Shown here: piece after piece, positions 12,026 through 30,359 of the stretch | How the letters are laid out: each line of letters begins with the position of its first letter | Position numbering within the stretch: position 1 is the first letter of the stretch | Assembly: GCF_009914755.1 (NCBI RefSeq) | Contig: NC_060940.1 | Reading direction: 5' to 3' (one strand) | DNA length: 64,000 nt | From: the human T2T-CHM13v2.0 reference genome, Homo sapiens | Made by a program: the position numbers and the translations under genes | Notes under the pieces: generated by a model | What the model saw: only the letters and a program-made list of their open reading frames with translations | What the model was told of the DNA's origin: nothing | The model's database searches: none

Positions 12026-14531
12026 AAACGTAAATTGGCAATAAAAACTACAGCTGGGGAGCCATCATTAATGATTTGGGTTTAGGAATCTGATGTTTCT
12101 ATCATAAAGGTAAAAAATCATGTAGTAATTATAACCTGCAATAAAATGAAGGTCAAATGAAAGATAAATCTATACTGAAAAAAAAAAACAAGTTTTTACA
12201 AGGTGAATTCTTACAGGTTGTATCAGGATTTTTGTGGTTTCTGGGGATAAATAAGACCCCAGATTTTTCTCCTGTGACTTTTTTACTGATGTTTCTGACA
12301 CTCTTACTCAATTTCAAAGTGGAAAATTATCCTTTCTGTTTCTGTCTATGAGAAATTCAAAATAAAATTGGCCTCCATATGCTGGATCCTAAAACAATTA
12401 TTCACTCAGTGGTGCTCTGCTGAGGAAGGGCACTGAATCTCACACGCACAGAAACAGCATGTTCTGTCAGATACAGGACTTCTCCTTGAGGCAGAGCCTC
12501 ATCACTCATACATAATCAGAGGTTTTCCCAGGCATGCACTGCTCTGCGCCCTCCCACACAGGCTCAGCCCTGAGCATCTGACCCTGAAGGTGACTGATGA
12601 ACATGTTCCCTGGCACTCTAATTTACAGGGATTTTGTTTTCTCTTAATGATCCCTTCCAGAGCTCTAGGGTCTTTCCTGAGTCCAGCTACCACATACAGA
12701 TAGAGACTGAGAGATTTGGACAGAAGCTTTGATCCTCACTCTGAGCCCTGCCCTGTCCCATCAGCTTTTCTAGAAGTACAATGTTCTAATTACTCCTGAG
12801 AGACCACATATCAGGGCATCTCTCTGTGCCAATAGTTGAATAAAAGTGAGAAGAGAAACAGGCAAGAATTTCTGCTGAGGGCTGCATCTAATGGTCTACT
12901 TGCCAGACTTATATTTCTATTTTACACAAATATTGGCAAATATAATTTCATCTCTAGATTAAAAATTAAAGAAGGAACCACAGAGTAATGAGAAAATGGA
13001 ATCAATGCTCTATAGAATGCAGCTTACCTCAGCCATGGAGTGCTAAGTCTCTCAGAAAAAAGCAATTGTTCTCTATCATCAGAAACAAGTGTGGCCTCAG
13101 ACAGCTGGACACTGAGAGTGCAGGATGCTCCCTGGGATTCCATGCCTATATCACAGAGGGATGGAATTCCTAAGAGAGGCTGAACCCACAGGTCCTGTTC
13201 TACCATTTGGTCTAACTAATACTCTTCCTCCTTCTGCCCCAACAGGATTCCCCAACTCTTCCCTGGGTCTCACTAGGGATAGTTCAGAAAGACAAAAAGT
13301 TATTAATGTCCCTCCATTTCTGTAGTTGCTGGGGTCTAATTTGTTCATTTTTAGGTTTTGGGTTTTTGTCCTCCATCTACATTCACAGAATTTGTGTGCC
13401 CTATTCCAGTACCTATAATTTTAAGTAGGTCTAGTCACCCATGCTGTCTTGTAGTCATTTTTTTTTTCTAGTAGAGCCAGATGATATGGACACAAGAACT
13501 TCTATATAAAAGTTCACCATAAGTAAGTTGGGTACCACAACCCCTCTATGGGCTGGACTGCCATTCAGAGAATCTAGCAACAAGATTTTCCTGGTGTGCC
13601 GTTGAGGAAAAGAAAGGCACATCTCGTCCAGTAATGGTCAGTGAGAAATCTCAAATTTTGAAAATGGATGCCTATAGACTTCAATTATGTTCTCTTCATC
13701 TTGGAGTCAGTCAAGAAGAGATTTCGGGGTTCTGAGGGGACAGTCACATTCAATCAACAAATTAGCCAACATTTGTGGAACAAGAGAAAAAAAGAAAGTA
13801 AAATCAAATAGTTTGGCCACGTTAATAGATTTAGTGATAAAAGCTATAATGTGATTAAAATGCAAGTAGTCTCAAAAGCCTAAAGGTTACACGAATGAGC
13901 TTCAAGGGACATATGGTGTGGCTGGAGTCAGCTGACTATTATGCTAAAGATGTCAATAGTGATGAGACATGATTGATACCTCAGGAGGTAGGCCAAAGGC
14001 CAGTGCCATTATCATGCTGGGAATGGTCTGGGGCCTTCTGAACCATGAGACAAATAGGTCAACTTTCAACAAGAAACACAAGCCTGGCATGCAGTGATGA
14101 CCTCTGCATTACACATGGATTCAGGCTTGGTTTTTGGCTTAACTGTGGTTAGTATTTTCAGCGAACAGACCCTTACAGTGGACTCCTAAATGAATGACCT
14201 GACAGATCAGCAGCTGAAATTCTTTCTGATTTGAAGCCAAAAAAGGATGTCCTTACTCAAATAGCCTTTAGTTTCAATGTGAAAGACCAAACAGTTAGAA
14301 CATGGGCAATGACCCACAACCCTGAGCTCTTACCATTAAGTGGAACAACCACCCCTGCTTCAGGTTCTGTGTGGTTGGCACTAAATTTAGACATCCATAG
14401 CAGCCCAGCGAGCACCAAAAGGTGGCAGCTTTCTTGACTTGTCAGGGGATTAGGGCCAGGCATTTAGGAAATATTTAGTGAATTGAAGACCCCATAGAGC
14501 CAGCAGTTTTGCTTCAAACAGTGGAGGGGGC

Positions 14532-14904
14532 GTATTCGTTCGTTTTCACACTGCTGATAAAGACATATCCAAGACTGGGCAATTTACAAAAAAAGACGTT
14601 TAATAGACTCACAGTTCCACATGGCTGGGGAGGTCTCACAATTATGGCAGAAGGTGAAAGGCATATCTCACATGGTGGCAGACAAAAGGAGAGAGAATGA
14701 AAGTAAAGTAAAGTAAAGCAAAAGGGGTTTCTCCTTATAAAACAACCAGATCTCTTGAGACTTATTCATTACCTTGAGAACAGTATGGGGAAACTGCCCC
14801 CATGATTCAATTATTTCTCACAGGGTCGCTCCCACCACACTTGGGAATTACAGGAGCTAAAATTCAATATGAGATTTGGGTGGGGACACAGCCAATCCAT
14901 ATCA
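14532..14904 (-). mobile_element. THE1-type MaLR solo LTR
   Basis: 'ttttcacactgctgataaagacatatccaagactgggcaatttac...tgagatttgggtggggacacagccaatccatatca'. Confidence 0.9.
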
Positions 14905-16059
14905 AGGAGCATAAAATTTTCACCAAAGAACATATATTTTTTTTTACAGCTAATGTTCCTGTGGCAGCCCAATTTTCTCTTAGAATGTGTTGTATTCTAA
15001 GTAGCCTTCTGATGTCTTATAGAACTCAAATTTACTCAGTTCAATATTGGAATATCAAGCTGGGAAACCCCAAGCCCTTGATCTGTCAGGATTCAATTTG
15101 ACAGGAGCTTGGGAGCAAGCTTGTCACTGACTTTCAAATCAGCGTTAAGTAGTAGTGTCAGGGAGACTATGTGTCAAAAATTCTAAGGGCCACCTCTAGG
15201 TGGAGGCTGACTCCCTCTCTCAGAGGCTTCAGAGGAAAACAATATCAAGTATTTTTTGGCTGCTGGAAGAACTGAGCTATGTAAATCTGCCCGCATAGTT
15301 CCAGTGAACCTTAACTGGAAAACAGGACTACGGGATTTTGAGAATTGTATCAGCTATTGGCAGAGAGATGTTACCATCCTAGACAAGAGCATGAAGGCAG
15401 ATGCTTCCAAATTGGCAGCCAACAGAACCTCACCTACAGAGTTGAACTTTTTGCACATTAGAGGATAGAGACACTCATGATAAATTCTGCCATGCCACTG
15501 TGGCAAATGGCAAGGAAGATTGTCTCACTTGCAAAGTGCAAGTTACCAGTTCCTCACCCTGATTAGAATAATCCCCTCTGGCACTTATGGGGCAGGCAAG
15601 GACAAAACCACAAAACCTGAATACTGCTACTATAGATTCTGATGTAGAAACACAACAGGATGTGGACTGAGCTCCAAGAACTCCACCTCCATTGTTATGT
15701 GATCTTCCTGCCTTCACTGTCACCCTGCCCAAACACTATTAGTTGAGTTTTGCTGTTTATTTTTATTTTATTGTTTATCTTTGTTTTATGTTATCCTATA
15801 CATAAACACAGATTAATAAGTTACCCTATATCCAGGACAGGGGAATACAAAAGACCAATAAAGGCTGGCACAGGTGTGTGTTGGGGATGGGACAGGGCAA
15901 TGGGAAAATGTTACTTTCTTTAAACTTTTCACCCTGAGGTCTGTGCTGTCCCTTCACCTTGGTACATTACAGCATTTGGAGAGTATTCAGGGTCAGAAGG
16001 TTCCATATGATGAAGGAGGATGAAGGACTTTATCTGGAGGATGAAGGACTTTATCTGGG

Positions 16060-16678
16060 GGATGAAGTCCAGGGTCAAGGTGTGGGCAGGGTGTGTTGCC
16101 CCCAAGGCTTCTCTCCTAGGGTTGTAAGTGGCCACCTTCTCCTTGTGTCCTCACGTGGTCATTTCTCTGTGTGTGCACATTTGTATCCTTATCTCCTCTT
16201 GTATGGAGACATCAGTTAGATTGGATCAGGGCCCACCCTAATGTCATCATTTTAAAACATTTTTTATTGTAACTAGTAACTAATAAAAATTGTCTACATT
16301 TGTGGAACTGTTTTTAAATATGCATACATTGTGGAATGGTTGACCCAAGCTAATTGGCATATGTGTTACTGCACATACCCATCATTTTTCTGTTGTGAGA
16401 GCACTCAAAATCTACAGTGTTAGCAATGTTCAAGAACAGATTACATTAACTGTAGTCACCAAATGCAATAGATCTGATGTCCTTATTCCTCCTGTCTAGC
16501 TGAAATTTTGTATAATTTGACCATCTCCCCACTCCCTCATCTCTACCCCCAAATACCTCATTTTAATATAATTACCTCTTTGATGATGCTATCTCCAAAT
16601 GTAGTCACATCCTTAGGTACCGGGGGTGACAGTATCAACATATGAATTTTGGGAAGCACGCAATTCAGTTCACAGCAG
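16060..16678 (-). mobile_element. MLT1A-like LTR interrupted by an L1M 3' fragment (~16255-16550)
   Basis: 'gaagtccagggtcaaggtgtgggcaggg...ggatcagggcccacccta' resumes after the L1 piece as 'cctcattttaatataattacctc...aattcagttcacagca'. Confidence 0.7.
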
Positions 16679-16689
16679 CCTCTGTCAGT

Positions 16690-17280
16690 ACGTAACGTTT
16701 ACATTGAGATCCCGGTAACTCAGCAACAGAGGGAATGACATGCAAAGATTCTGGGAAGAAAATTCCAGGCAAAGAATTCTGTGGAGCAAGGGTCCTGAAA
16801 TGTGAGTGAATACGGTGAGTTTGAGAAACCACAGACCAAAAAGGGGGCACAAAAAGCAAGGGGAGGAGGTGAACTCACAGGGTCTTGGTAAGACATGTAA
16901 ACCTGACTGTGATTTCATTCCCTATGCAGTGAGAAGTCATTGGAGGGTTTTAAGCAAGAGGCACAATAAGAATCAGATGTTCAAAAGTTTTTTCCAGGTG
17001 TTTTATGGAGAATGCATTCTAAAGAGGGCAAATATGGAAACAAGCAGTCTTTTGTCACAGGTCAGGTGAAAGTGATGGTGGCTTTGACTGGGTGATGCAG
17101 AATCAGAATGAAGTAGGTGGATTGGGGATACATTTGAGCATGAGGCTATAGGACCTGTTGATTTGTTGCATGAAAGGGCAAAGGATCTTCAAGACTACTG
17201 CTACATGTTAGTCAAGTCAGAAGAATTTCCAGAGATGTAGTGGGGCCCTTTACTGAGACAGAAAAGAGAACAGGCATTGG
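16690..17280 (-). mobile_element. L2 LINE fragment
   Basis: 'gaagtcattggagggttttaagcaagagg', 'gatggtggctttgactggg'. Confidence 0.6.
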
Positions 17281-18148
17281 GAGAACATCCAAGTGATATA
17301 GTATTTTCCTAACAGCATGGGTCAGGAAACTTGGTGGAGCCTGGGCATCCTCAGAAGTACTGACACACTCTTCCCACTGGGTTGTTATATCACTGATACC
17401 TAGACCCAGAGCACAGAAATTCCCAAATGGGAAGAGATGTGATGCTATAACATCACAAGCCTAGTGATGAGGTTGGTGGGGCTTTGCAGCTCAGCAGCTG
17501 TGTGATCTCGATGGAGACCTGCTGTTTCTGGCCTGAGTGAGGCCAGTCCTCAGTGCAGTGGGCATAAGGGCATTCACCTCATAGATCTGTCTGATGATTC
17601 AACAGAGTCATACTCCTGAAATGAATGCAAGTCCTGGCACATGCTGGGTAACTGGCATGAATTATTATTGGCATTCTTATTAATATCTTTGATGTTATTA
17701 TTAATATTCTCAGTACTGATGGGACATCAGCTCACCCACTCCAACAAAACCTTCAGAGATATCCAAAGGCCCTCAGACAGTCTTCACTCTTCCATATAGT
17801 TCTCCAGCTTAGTAGCCAACTGACTCAGTTCAGCCTTATTTGGGTTTTTAAGTTAAACCAGTGGCTCTAGGCATGTCCCTAAGGCTCTGAGCAGTGTGTG
17901 GGTTGTGTTCTGTCAACTCCAGGCCTTTGAGAGGACAGTAGGCAAGGCGGGGGTGGCAGCTGTAGACCCATGGAGACAGTGGCATGAGCAGGTTGCTCCC
18001 CACATACAAGGCTGCTTCTTTTTGCTTGTTCAACAAATAGAAGCCCACTCAGTCTCACAAAGTTTGCTCCCAAGTGAGACAATATACATTTTGCCTATAG
18101 CTGTATTTTTCTACTGCTGACAACAGATGAAACTAAGAAAGTCAAGTA

Positions 18149-18741
18149 CAGTATCCCCCCCTGTCTGCGGGGACTATGTATGTTCCAAGAACCCACTGAA
18201 TGCCTGAAACCAAAGATAGTACCACACCTTACCTATACTATACACAAATTTCGTTTTGCTTCTTCACAATTTCCCACTAGGAGATTTGTTCCTACAATAG
18301 ACATTAGCAACCTCAGCCTACAAGATTGTTTTTCTTTTCTTATTAAGCTTAGAACTTTTGGGTTTTCGTTTTTTAAAAAAGCACTTTATGGCTTTTCTTT
18401 GGCATATCTGAATTCCCAGTATCACTGCTCTGTGCCTTGGAATCATTATGAAGCAAAATAAGAGTTTGTTGAACCCATGCATTACAATAACATAGCAGTC
18501 AATCTGATAATCGAGACAGCTACTAACATGACTAACAGGCAAGTAGCAGGTACAGAGTGAAAACATTGAGCAAAGATGATTCACATCCCAGGTGAGTGTG
18601 AGATTTCATCAAGCTACTCAGAATTGGTGAACAATTTAAAATTTATGAGTTGTTTACTTCTGGAAATTTCTATATAGTATTTTCAGACTGCAGGTAACCG
18701 AGACCCCAGAAAGCAAAACAGTAGATAATGGGAGACTATCG
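18149..18741 (+). mobile_element. MER44-type (TcMar-Tigger) DNA transposon
   Basis: TA-flanked termini 'cagtatccccccc' and 'gggagactatcg', with internal 'gcagtcaatctgataatcgagacagctactaa'. Confidence 0.75.
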
Positions 18742-18958
18742 TATCAGTCTTCTCTTGGAGTACCATAGACACAATTTTACTGTCCAAATTAATGAGCGTT
18801 CATTGATCTACTAATGTTTATTGAGCACCTACTAAGTCTCAGACCCATGCTGGTGTGTCAGTAAAGTGGGGGTATCACTTTGCCTCCCATGGGGGTGTTG
18901 AGCCTCATTGTGCCAGGTTTTGGGGTATCTTCCTCCCAGTCACCCACCTGACTTGCAG

Positions 18959-21900
18959 AGGTCCCAGGCCTGAGCCCAGCCAACAAGAGCAGTTGGTCTT
19001 CTACAACAGTTGGTTTGATGAAGCCACTCTCTTGGTCAACAATGGCACAGGACTGGTTTCCTGGATCACATCTTTGTGGGGCCCCAGGAGTTGTGGGTGC
19101 TGGATGCCTCTCAGCAGGATGCTGGGTCCTAGAGCTGCCAGGGCTCACCCCATGCATGCTGTGCCCTTTTGTTGTCTATGTGACAGGTGAGTGCTTTTTT
19201 TTATTTTCAGACATGGTCTCACTCTGTCACTCAGGCTGGAGTGCAGTGGCACAGTCATGGCTCACTGCAGCCTTGACCTCCTGGGCTCAAGTGATCCTTC
19301 CACCCCAACCTCCTAACTGGGACTATACGCATGTACCACCATGACCAGCTAATTTTTAATAATTTTTTTGTAGAGATGGGGTTTTGCCATGTTGCCCAGG
19401 TTGGTCTTGAAATCTTGGGCTCAAGCAAGCCGTTCGCTTCAGCCTCCCAAAGTGCTGAGATTACAGGTGTGAGCCACGCGCTTGGCCATGTTTGCCTTCT
19501 GGGGCTGCATGAAACTGGATGGAGGGGTCCAGGGCCACTGAGTTCCCTGAGTGGGTGCATGGCCAGGAGCTGCTGGGGTCTCAGGAGGTGTGGGTGCAGC
19601 ACCCCTGCTCTGAGGGTCTCCCTGATCTTGGTGAATAGGAGGTCACCCCAGGAGATAATGCCTGAAAAGGGGGTTCCAGCCCCACCTGTGAGGGCCACCT
19701 GGGGTTCCCTGGGGCACAACAAAGACTGAGATCCAGACAGAAATCCATTGCCCCCAGCTGAGAAGCAGCAGGCATCTGGACTTGGGCCATCCTGGGGCCA
19801 CTGTCCACTCCCACCTTCCCCTACATTGCAGATGCTCCATCCTTGGGAGGTGGGGAAGATGGGAGGACCAAGCTAAGACACAGGCAAGATCAGATTCCAT
19901 GCACACAGATTGTCTAGGGGTGAGGCCTGCTTTCCTTCCAACTAGCTGTGGCCTTGAGTAGCAGGGGAGAAACTGAGGCCTGGGGATGACCTCCTTGGAG
20001 TCACACAATGGTTGACATCCCCTCAGGGTGAAGGTGGGGCTGGGCCATCCAGATGTCCCTCGATGCTTTGTGCTGGGCTCTGGGTGGCTGGCTGGGGGTG
20101 GGAGGAGATGCCCATGCTGCAGATGGGGAGATTAAGGCACAGGCCTCTTGGGGTCCCAGGAGCTGTGAGGAGGCCAGGACTGGCCTGTGGAGACTTTTAT
20201 GTTGGGGTTCTGGGTGAGGTGACTACTGCAGGTGTGAGCACAGCAGTTGGTATGGACTCAGGTGGCTGCCGTGGGGCAGATGGATGGAAGGGTTAAGGCA
20301 CCAGGAGATAAAAGCTACAGCCCAGCAGGAGGGGAGGGTGGCTGTGGGGGCTGTAAAAGGGGTGCCAACAGCATTTTTGGGGGATGGACTGTGGGCGTGA
20401 GAGATCAGGAAGGGAGACAATGCCCAGGCATTCTGGCCTGGAAGAGTGGCAGGTGGACTTTGCCCAGCTGTGGAGGGGTCTGTCAGGGAGGTGGGGCTTC
20501 TGGTTTCAGAGGATCCCAGAGATGTGCTCATGCAGATGAGGGTCCTTGTGGGATGGAAATCGAAGGGGCAGCTACAACCTGGGGACCATTGGTGGTGGGC
20601 TGAGCCCCTGGGACCTCTGGGATAAGCAGGCAAGAAAGTGAGAAAGAATCAGCCAGGGAGACACAGGAGAGAGAAAAAAAGGAAAGTAGGCCCAAGGAGA
20701 GGAGTAGACCCAGGAACAGGATGAAAATTTCTGCTCACCTGCCCCATTGGCCTCTCCCCCTGCCCACATACCCTAGTGCCCTCGCCCTGAGTCTCTGCTT
20801 GCCTCTGCCTACCTGGCCATCCTAGGCAGGTGTGGGCTAGAGCTGTGGGAGTAACTAAAGGGCCACTTTCAGAAGGTACAGTCTAGAAGTGGGCAGCGTT
20901 GAGTCATTGTCATCTCCAAGTCCTGGGAACAGTTTCTGCCACAGCCCACTGAACTGTCTTCATCACCCAGGGACCTCCTTCCCTCACCCCTGGATGCCTA
21001 GAGGACAGCTTGGAGCTGTGATAGGTGTCTCTTCCCAGTGTCTCTCTACATTGCTCCTGCCTCTGCCTCAGCATCCTCCTCTGAGAGGTGGGCCTGTTGC
21101 TGCACGTGAATGGCAAGGAGGTCACTGTTGGAAAGGGGCTCCCTCCGTCCTCTTTCCTAGGCCCCCAGTGCCTCTGTCCTGGGGGTAAGGCAATCCAGCC
21201 TACCCACGAGTCCAGACAGGAAGGCTGACCCACCCCAGTCCTAAGAAGAAAGAAAAATTCGTTGAGCTGTGTGGGAGGGAATGGTAACAGCACTGGACAC
21301 TAAGACAAAAAAAGACCTGAGGGCTCCAGGACGCCATCCTCACCAGTGCCCGCTGTGCCCTGGAGCTCTGCAGGAGGTGGCTTCAGGGCTCAGAGGCTTG
21401 CAGGCTAAGGCTTCTCAGCTGCTTCTGAGACTCCCAGCTCTGTAAGGGGCTGAGTTTTCCCTCCTGGTAAAGTGCTCCCAATGCCTGTCCTGGCTCGTTC
21501 ACTTAGCTGAGCTGCCTGCTGGGCCTCCGTCCTGGGGGGTCCTCCCAGTGTGCCTCCCTGGGTGGGTGGGGGCTTCCCTGGAGACTCCCTTATGCCCTGA
21601 GGCTATCAGGCCAGGATGAAGCACCCCGACCTCTCAGCAGGAGCAGCAACTTGGGAGAAGCAGAGGGAATGGGAGGGAACACATGGCCCGGCTGTGAGCA
21701 TGACGGGGCAGGGACATTGTTTTGAAGTTCCTGGGAGCCTCATGCAGCCCAGGCAGAGGTCCTTGAAAGGCCAACACTCTCCCTAAACAGGAGGAAAAAC
21801 TGAGGCTGGGGTTGAGAAAGGGCAGCCTTGGATTCAGGGTCTGGTCAGATGGGCCTCCGCGCCTCACCTCAGCTACGGCCCTCACTTGCACTTCCACAAG

Positions 21901-22497
21901 CAGAGGCCTTTTACTGGACTTGGCTCCAGTAGATGGACAGGAAACTGCCAACCATGCTGGCCACCCAAACCAACTTTCGCTGCCTGGCTACTGGCAACCC
22001 CACTCTCTCCATCTCCTGGCTGAAGAACCACAAGGGTTCTAAGCAGAGCATCACATCAGGACATCAAGGGGTCCCTGGAAGTTGGTGGGAATGTGGCCTG
22101 ATTGTGAAAGGTGGGACCTGTCCTCCATTCACCCACACTTCCACCTGGAGCTGTGGCACCAGCAGTAGAGCCTGCTCATGGAGTATGGTGCCCTCAGACT
22201 GCTGTCACTCCACCTCTGTGATGGAGAACAAGTTCAACAGCCTTCAGCAGACATACACGCTGGACAGCTGGGTGAGGGCTGTGGCCCATGGGCAGGGGTC
22301 AGGAAGGTGGGCAGCCTCTGAGCTCTCATCTATTCTCTCAATGTGCTCTCTTGACCATCCCATTCTACCCACTGGGCTTCTGGCCAACCAGACACAGCAA
22401 GGTGGAGTTCCACTGCAAAGTGTACAGTGACCTACTATGTGGAGGTGAACAGCAGCTAGGTGGGTGTCAATGGCATGCCTATGTCACCATGCTCAGG
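18959..22497 (+). pseudogene. FGFR3: Unprocessed FGFR3 pseudogene, exons 3-7 (~18959-19186, 19832-19883, 21904-22068, 22151-22271, 22342-22497)
   Basis: Exon 3 has PEPSQQEQLVF...VNNGTGLV...LCPFVVYVT|gtgag; exon 4 DAPSLGG.ED; exon 5 MDRKLP...FRCLATGNPTLSISWLKN; exon 6 VMENKFNSLQQTYTLD|gtgag; exon 7 HPILPTGLLANQT..VEFHCKVYSD. Introns are retained and there are many frameshifts. Confidence 0.93.
19195..19487 (-). mobile_element. AluJ-like element in FGFR3 pseudogene intron 3
   Basis: 'cagtcatggctcactgcagccttgacctcctgggctcaagtgatcc'. Confidence 0.9.
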
Positions 22498-24092
22498 GGA
22501 GATGCTGCTGCTGTCCAGGAACATGGGGATGGCAGACCTGGGGCTCCCCTTCACTGAACTCTACCATCATTATAGAAGTTGTGGAGTACCTTCTGAAAGA
22601 CACAATCATGTCATCAGCCAGGAGACAAAATCCTCTGCAGTGAGCAGTTCTGAATATGAACTTGGTGCTGGTTCATTTAGCATCTGCTATGAACCAGTGT
22701 CTACAATTAGAGGCAGTTTCTCCTAAAGTAAGATTATATGAGTCAACTGATAAAAGTGGGAACCACTCCTGTGAGTATTGTCCTTCAGGATTTATTCAAA
22801 ACATTTGCTTCTGCTTTTGCAACTTTATGCTCTCTGAATTCCCACACTGAGTGAAAACCTCCCTGGTGAGCTTATAATCAATCTCACAAATTAAACAATT
22901 TAAGTTTTATGTTAAGGTCCACTATAAAATATGGAACAGAATCTATCTGATTTATAATAGATGTAAAACAAAAAATTAGGATGGGCATTCTGGACATGTA
23001 GAATTAGTTCCTTTCATATTTATGAGTTTTCTACCAACCTGTATTTATTACAATAAAAATAATGCTAAAATACATTTTATTTTATTTTCTGGAGTTTAAA
23101 TGGATACACTTGATAATGGAATACTATTAACTAAATGAACACTGATGTCTGTTTTTTTCAGTTTTTTAAAAAATTTATTTTAATAGAGGGAGGAGCCAAG
23201 ATGGCCGAATAGGAACAGCTCCGGTCTACAGCTCCCAGCATGAGCGATGCAGAAGATGGGTGATTTCTGCATTTCCATCTGAGGTACCCGGTTCATTTCA
23301 CTAGGGAGTGCCAGACAGTGGGCGCAGGTCAGAGGGTGCCCGCAACGTGCGTGTGCCGAAGCAGGGCGAGGCATTGCCTCACTCGGGAAGCGCAGGGAGT
23401 CAGAGAGTTCCCTTTCCTAGTCAAAGAAAGGGGTGACAGACGGCACCTGGAAGATCTGGTCACTCCCACCCGAATACTGTGCTTTTCCGAAGGGCTTAAA
23501 AAACGGCACACCAGGAGATTGTGTCCTGCACCTGGCTCAGAGGGTCCTACGCCCACGGAGTCTCACTGATTGCTAGCACAGCAGTCTGAGATCCAACTGC
23601 AAGGCGGTAGTGAGGCTGGGGGAGGGGCGCCCGTCATTGCCCAGGCTTGCTTAGGTAAACAAAGCAGCCGGGAAGCTCCAACTGGGTGAAACCCACCACA
23701 GCTCAAGGAGGCCTGCCTGCCTCTGTAGGCTCCACCTCTGGGGGCAGGGCACAGACAAACAAAAAGACAGCAGTAACCTCTGCAGACTTAAGTGTCCCTG
23801 TCTGACAGCTTTCAAGAGAGCAGTGGTTCTCCCAGCACGCAGCTGGAGATCTGAGAACGGGCAGATTGCCTCCTCAAGTGGGTCTCTGACCCCTGACTCC
23901 CGAGCATCCTAACTGGGAGGCAACCCCTAGCAGGGGCAGACTGACACCTCACATGGCAGGGTACTCCAACAGACCTGCAACTGAGGGTCCTGTCTGTTAG
24001 AAGGAAGACTAACAAACAGAAAGGACATCCACATCAAAAACCCATCTGTACATCACCATCATCAAAGACCAAAAGTAGATAAAACCACAAAG

Positions 24093-25109
24093 ATGGGGAA
24101 AAAACAGAGCAGAAAAACTGGAAACTCTAAAAAGCAGAGTGCCTCTCCTCCTCCAAAGGAATGCAGTTCCTCACCAGCAACGGAACAAAGCTGGACGGAG
24201 AATGACTTTGATGAGCTGAGAGAAGAAGGCTTCAGACCATCAAATTACTCCGAGCTATGGGAGGACATTCAAACCAAAGGCAAAGAAGTTGAAAACTTTG
24301 AAAAAATTTTAGAAGAATATATAACTAGAATAACCAATACAGAGGAGTGCTTAAAGGAGCTGATGGAGCTGAAAACCAAGGCTCGAGAACTATGTGAAGA
24401 ATGCAGAAGCCTCAGGAGCCAATGCAATCAACTGGAAGAAAGGGTATCAGCGATGGAAGATGAAATGAATGAAATGAAGTGAGAAGGGAAGTTAAGAGAA
24501 AAAGGAATAAAAAGAAACGAGCAAAGCCTCCAAGAAATATGGGACTATGTGAAAAGACCAAATCTACTTCTGATTGGTGTACCTGAAAGTGACGGGGAGA
24601 ATGAAACCAAGTTGGAAAACACTCTGCAGGATATTATCCAGGAGAACTTCCCCAATCTAGCAAGGCAGGCCAACATTCAGATTCAGGAAATACAGAGAAC
24701 GCCAAAAAGATACTCCTCGAGAAGAGCAACTCCAAGACACATAATTGTCAGATTCACCAAAGTTGAAATGAAGGAAAAAATGTTAAGGGCAGCCAGAGAG
24801 AAAGGTCGGGTTACTTACAAAGGGAAGCCCATCACACTAACAGCGGATCTCTTGGCAGAAACTCTACAAGCCAGAAGAGAGTGGGGGCCAATATTCAACA
24901 TTCTTAAAGAAAAGAATTTTCAACCCAGAATTTCATATCCAGCCAAACTAAGCTTCATAAGTGAAGGAGAAATAAAATACTTTACAGACAAGCAAATGCT
25001 GAGAGATTTTGTCACCACCAGGCCTGCCCTAAAAGAGCTCCTGAAGGAAGTACTAAACATGGAAAGGAACAACTGCTACCAGCTTCTGCAAAATCATGCC
25101 AAAATGTAA
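24093..25109 (+). pseudogene. L1 ORF1p, disrupted by TGA at 24480-24482
   Basis: MGKKQSRKTGNSKKQSASPPPKE...NHAKM, split across two ORF-track entries. Confidence 0.95.
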
Positions 25110-25172
25110 AGACCATCGAGACTAGGAAGAAACTGCATCAACTAACGAGCAAAATAACCAGCTAACATCATA

Positions 25173-29313
<4,141 letters not shown>

Positions 29314-29561
29314 ACAATGAGAACACATGGACACAGGAAGGGGAACATCACACTCTGGGGACTGTTGTGGGGTGGGGGGAGGGGGGAGGGGTAGCATTGG
29401 GAGATATACCTAATGCTCGATGACGAGTTAGTGGGTGCAGCGCAACAGCATGGCACATGTATACATATGTAACTAACCTGCACATTGTGCACATGTACCC
29501 TAAAACTTAAAGTATAATAATAATAAAATTTAAATTAAATTTAAAAATAAAAAAATAAAAA

Positions 29562-29681
29562 AATATAAACAGTGACCCTGTCTGCAACATAAGTGATCTA
29601 ATGACAATTACTCTAATACATGGGTGGCATTTTTTTTTCATTGTCTTCCTCAGTATCTTCTGCAGTTACATTGCCTTCACA
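29562..29681 (-). pseudogene. AGGF1: AGGF1 pseudogene fragment
   Basis: Minus strand gives EGNVTAEDTEEDNEK..(1-nt slip)..PCIRVIVIRSLMLQTGSLFI vs AGGF1 EGNVTAEDSEDEDEDKIWPPCIRVIVIRSPVLQIGSLFI. Confidence 0.85.
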
Positions 29682-29894
29682 GGTAGTGTGAGGAGGGGCT
29701 GCACTGGGGCCTTATCAGACATCAAAGTGCAGGCAGCGAAAGGCAGCCTCGCCCAGGCTGGCTGCTGCAGCCCCCGCCAACACTCCCTGACACACGTTGC
29801 CTGGAGCCAAACGGGGCTGTGGGCAACAAGCAAGGGGATGGCTGATGGTCCTGCCTGATCTGCACCACCTGGGAAGCAGAAAATCCCTGGGAAC

Positions 29895-30189
29895 TTTTTT
29901 TTTTTTTAAGTCAGAGTCTCACTCTGTTGCCTGGGCTGGAGTGCAGTGGTGCAATCTTGGCTCACTGCAACCTCTGACTCCCGGGTTCAAGTGATTCTCC
30001 TGCCTCAGCCTCCTGAGTAGCTGAGATTACAGGTTCACGCCACCAGGCCCAGCTAATTTTTGTATTTTTAGTAGAGATGGGGTTTCACCATGTTGTCCTG
30101 GCTGGTCTTGAACTCCTGACCTCAGGTGATCTGCCCATCTCGGCCTCCCAAAGTGCTGGGATTACAGGCATAAGCCATTGCACCTGGCC
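29895..30189 (-). mobile_element. AluS-type element with approximate TSD (atccctgggaact / acccatgggaact)
   Basis: Full Alu on the minus strand. Confidence 0.93.
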
Positions 30190-30359
30190 ACCCATGGGAA
30201 CTATTATATCTTCCTCAGCTACAGGAACAGCAGGAGGAGCGTCGAAGTTAAGGGGCCAGAAGTGGTCCGGAAGTTCTCGGGTTGAGCCAGAAACAGTGGC
30301 CAAGAGAGTTTTAAATAAAGTTTACATGTGGCTAGATATGACCTGCTGATTACTCTTAA

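Noticed and set aside
13500-15750. Possible ERVL/MaLR internal remnants around the THE1 LTR
   Set aside because: Too degenerate to support by eye; needs RepeatMasker.
16009-16068. 21-bp tandem duplication ggaggatgaaggactttatct
   Set aside because: Local slippage at an MLT1 edge with no sign of function.
19015-19729. ORFs of 109-155 aa (likewise 30077, 40513, 41976)
   Set aside because: Alu-derived translations.
23329-23637. L1 antisense ORF0
   Set aside because: ATG is present at 23637 but a TGA occurs at codon 25. The 75-aa ORF in the track is only the downstream remnant.
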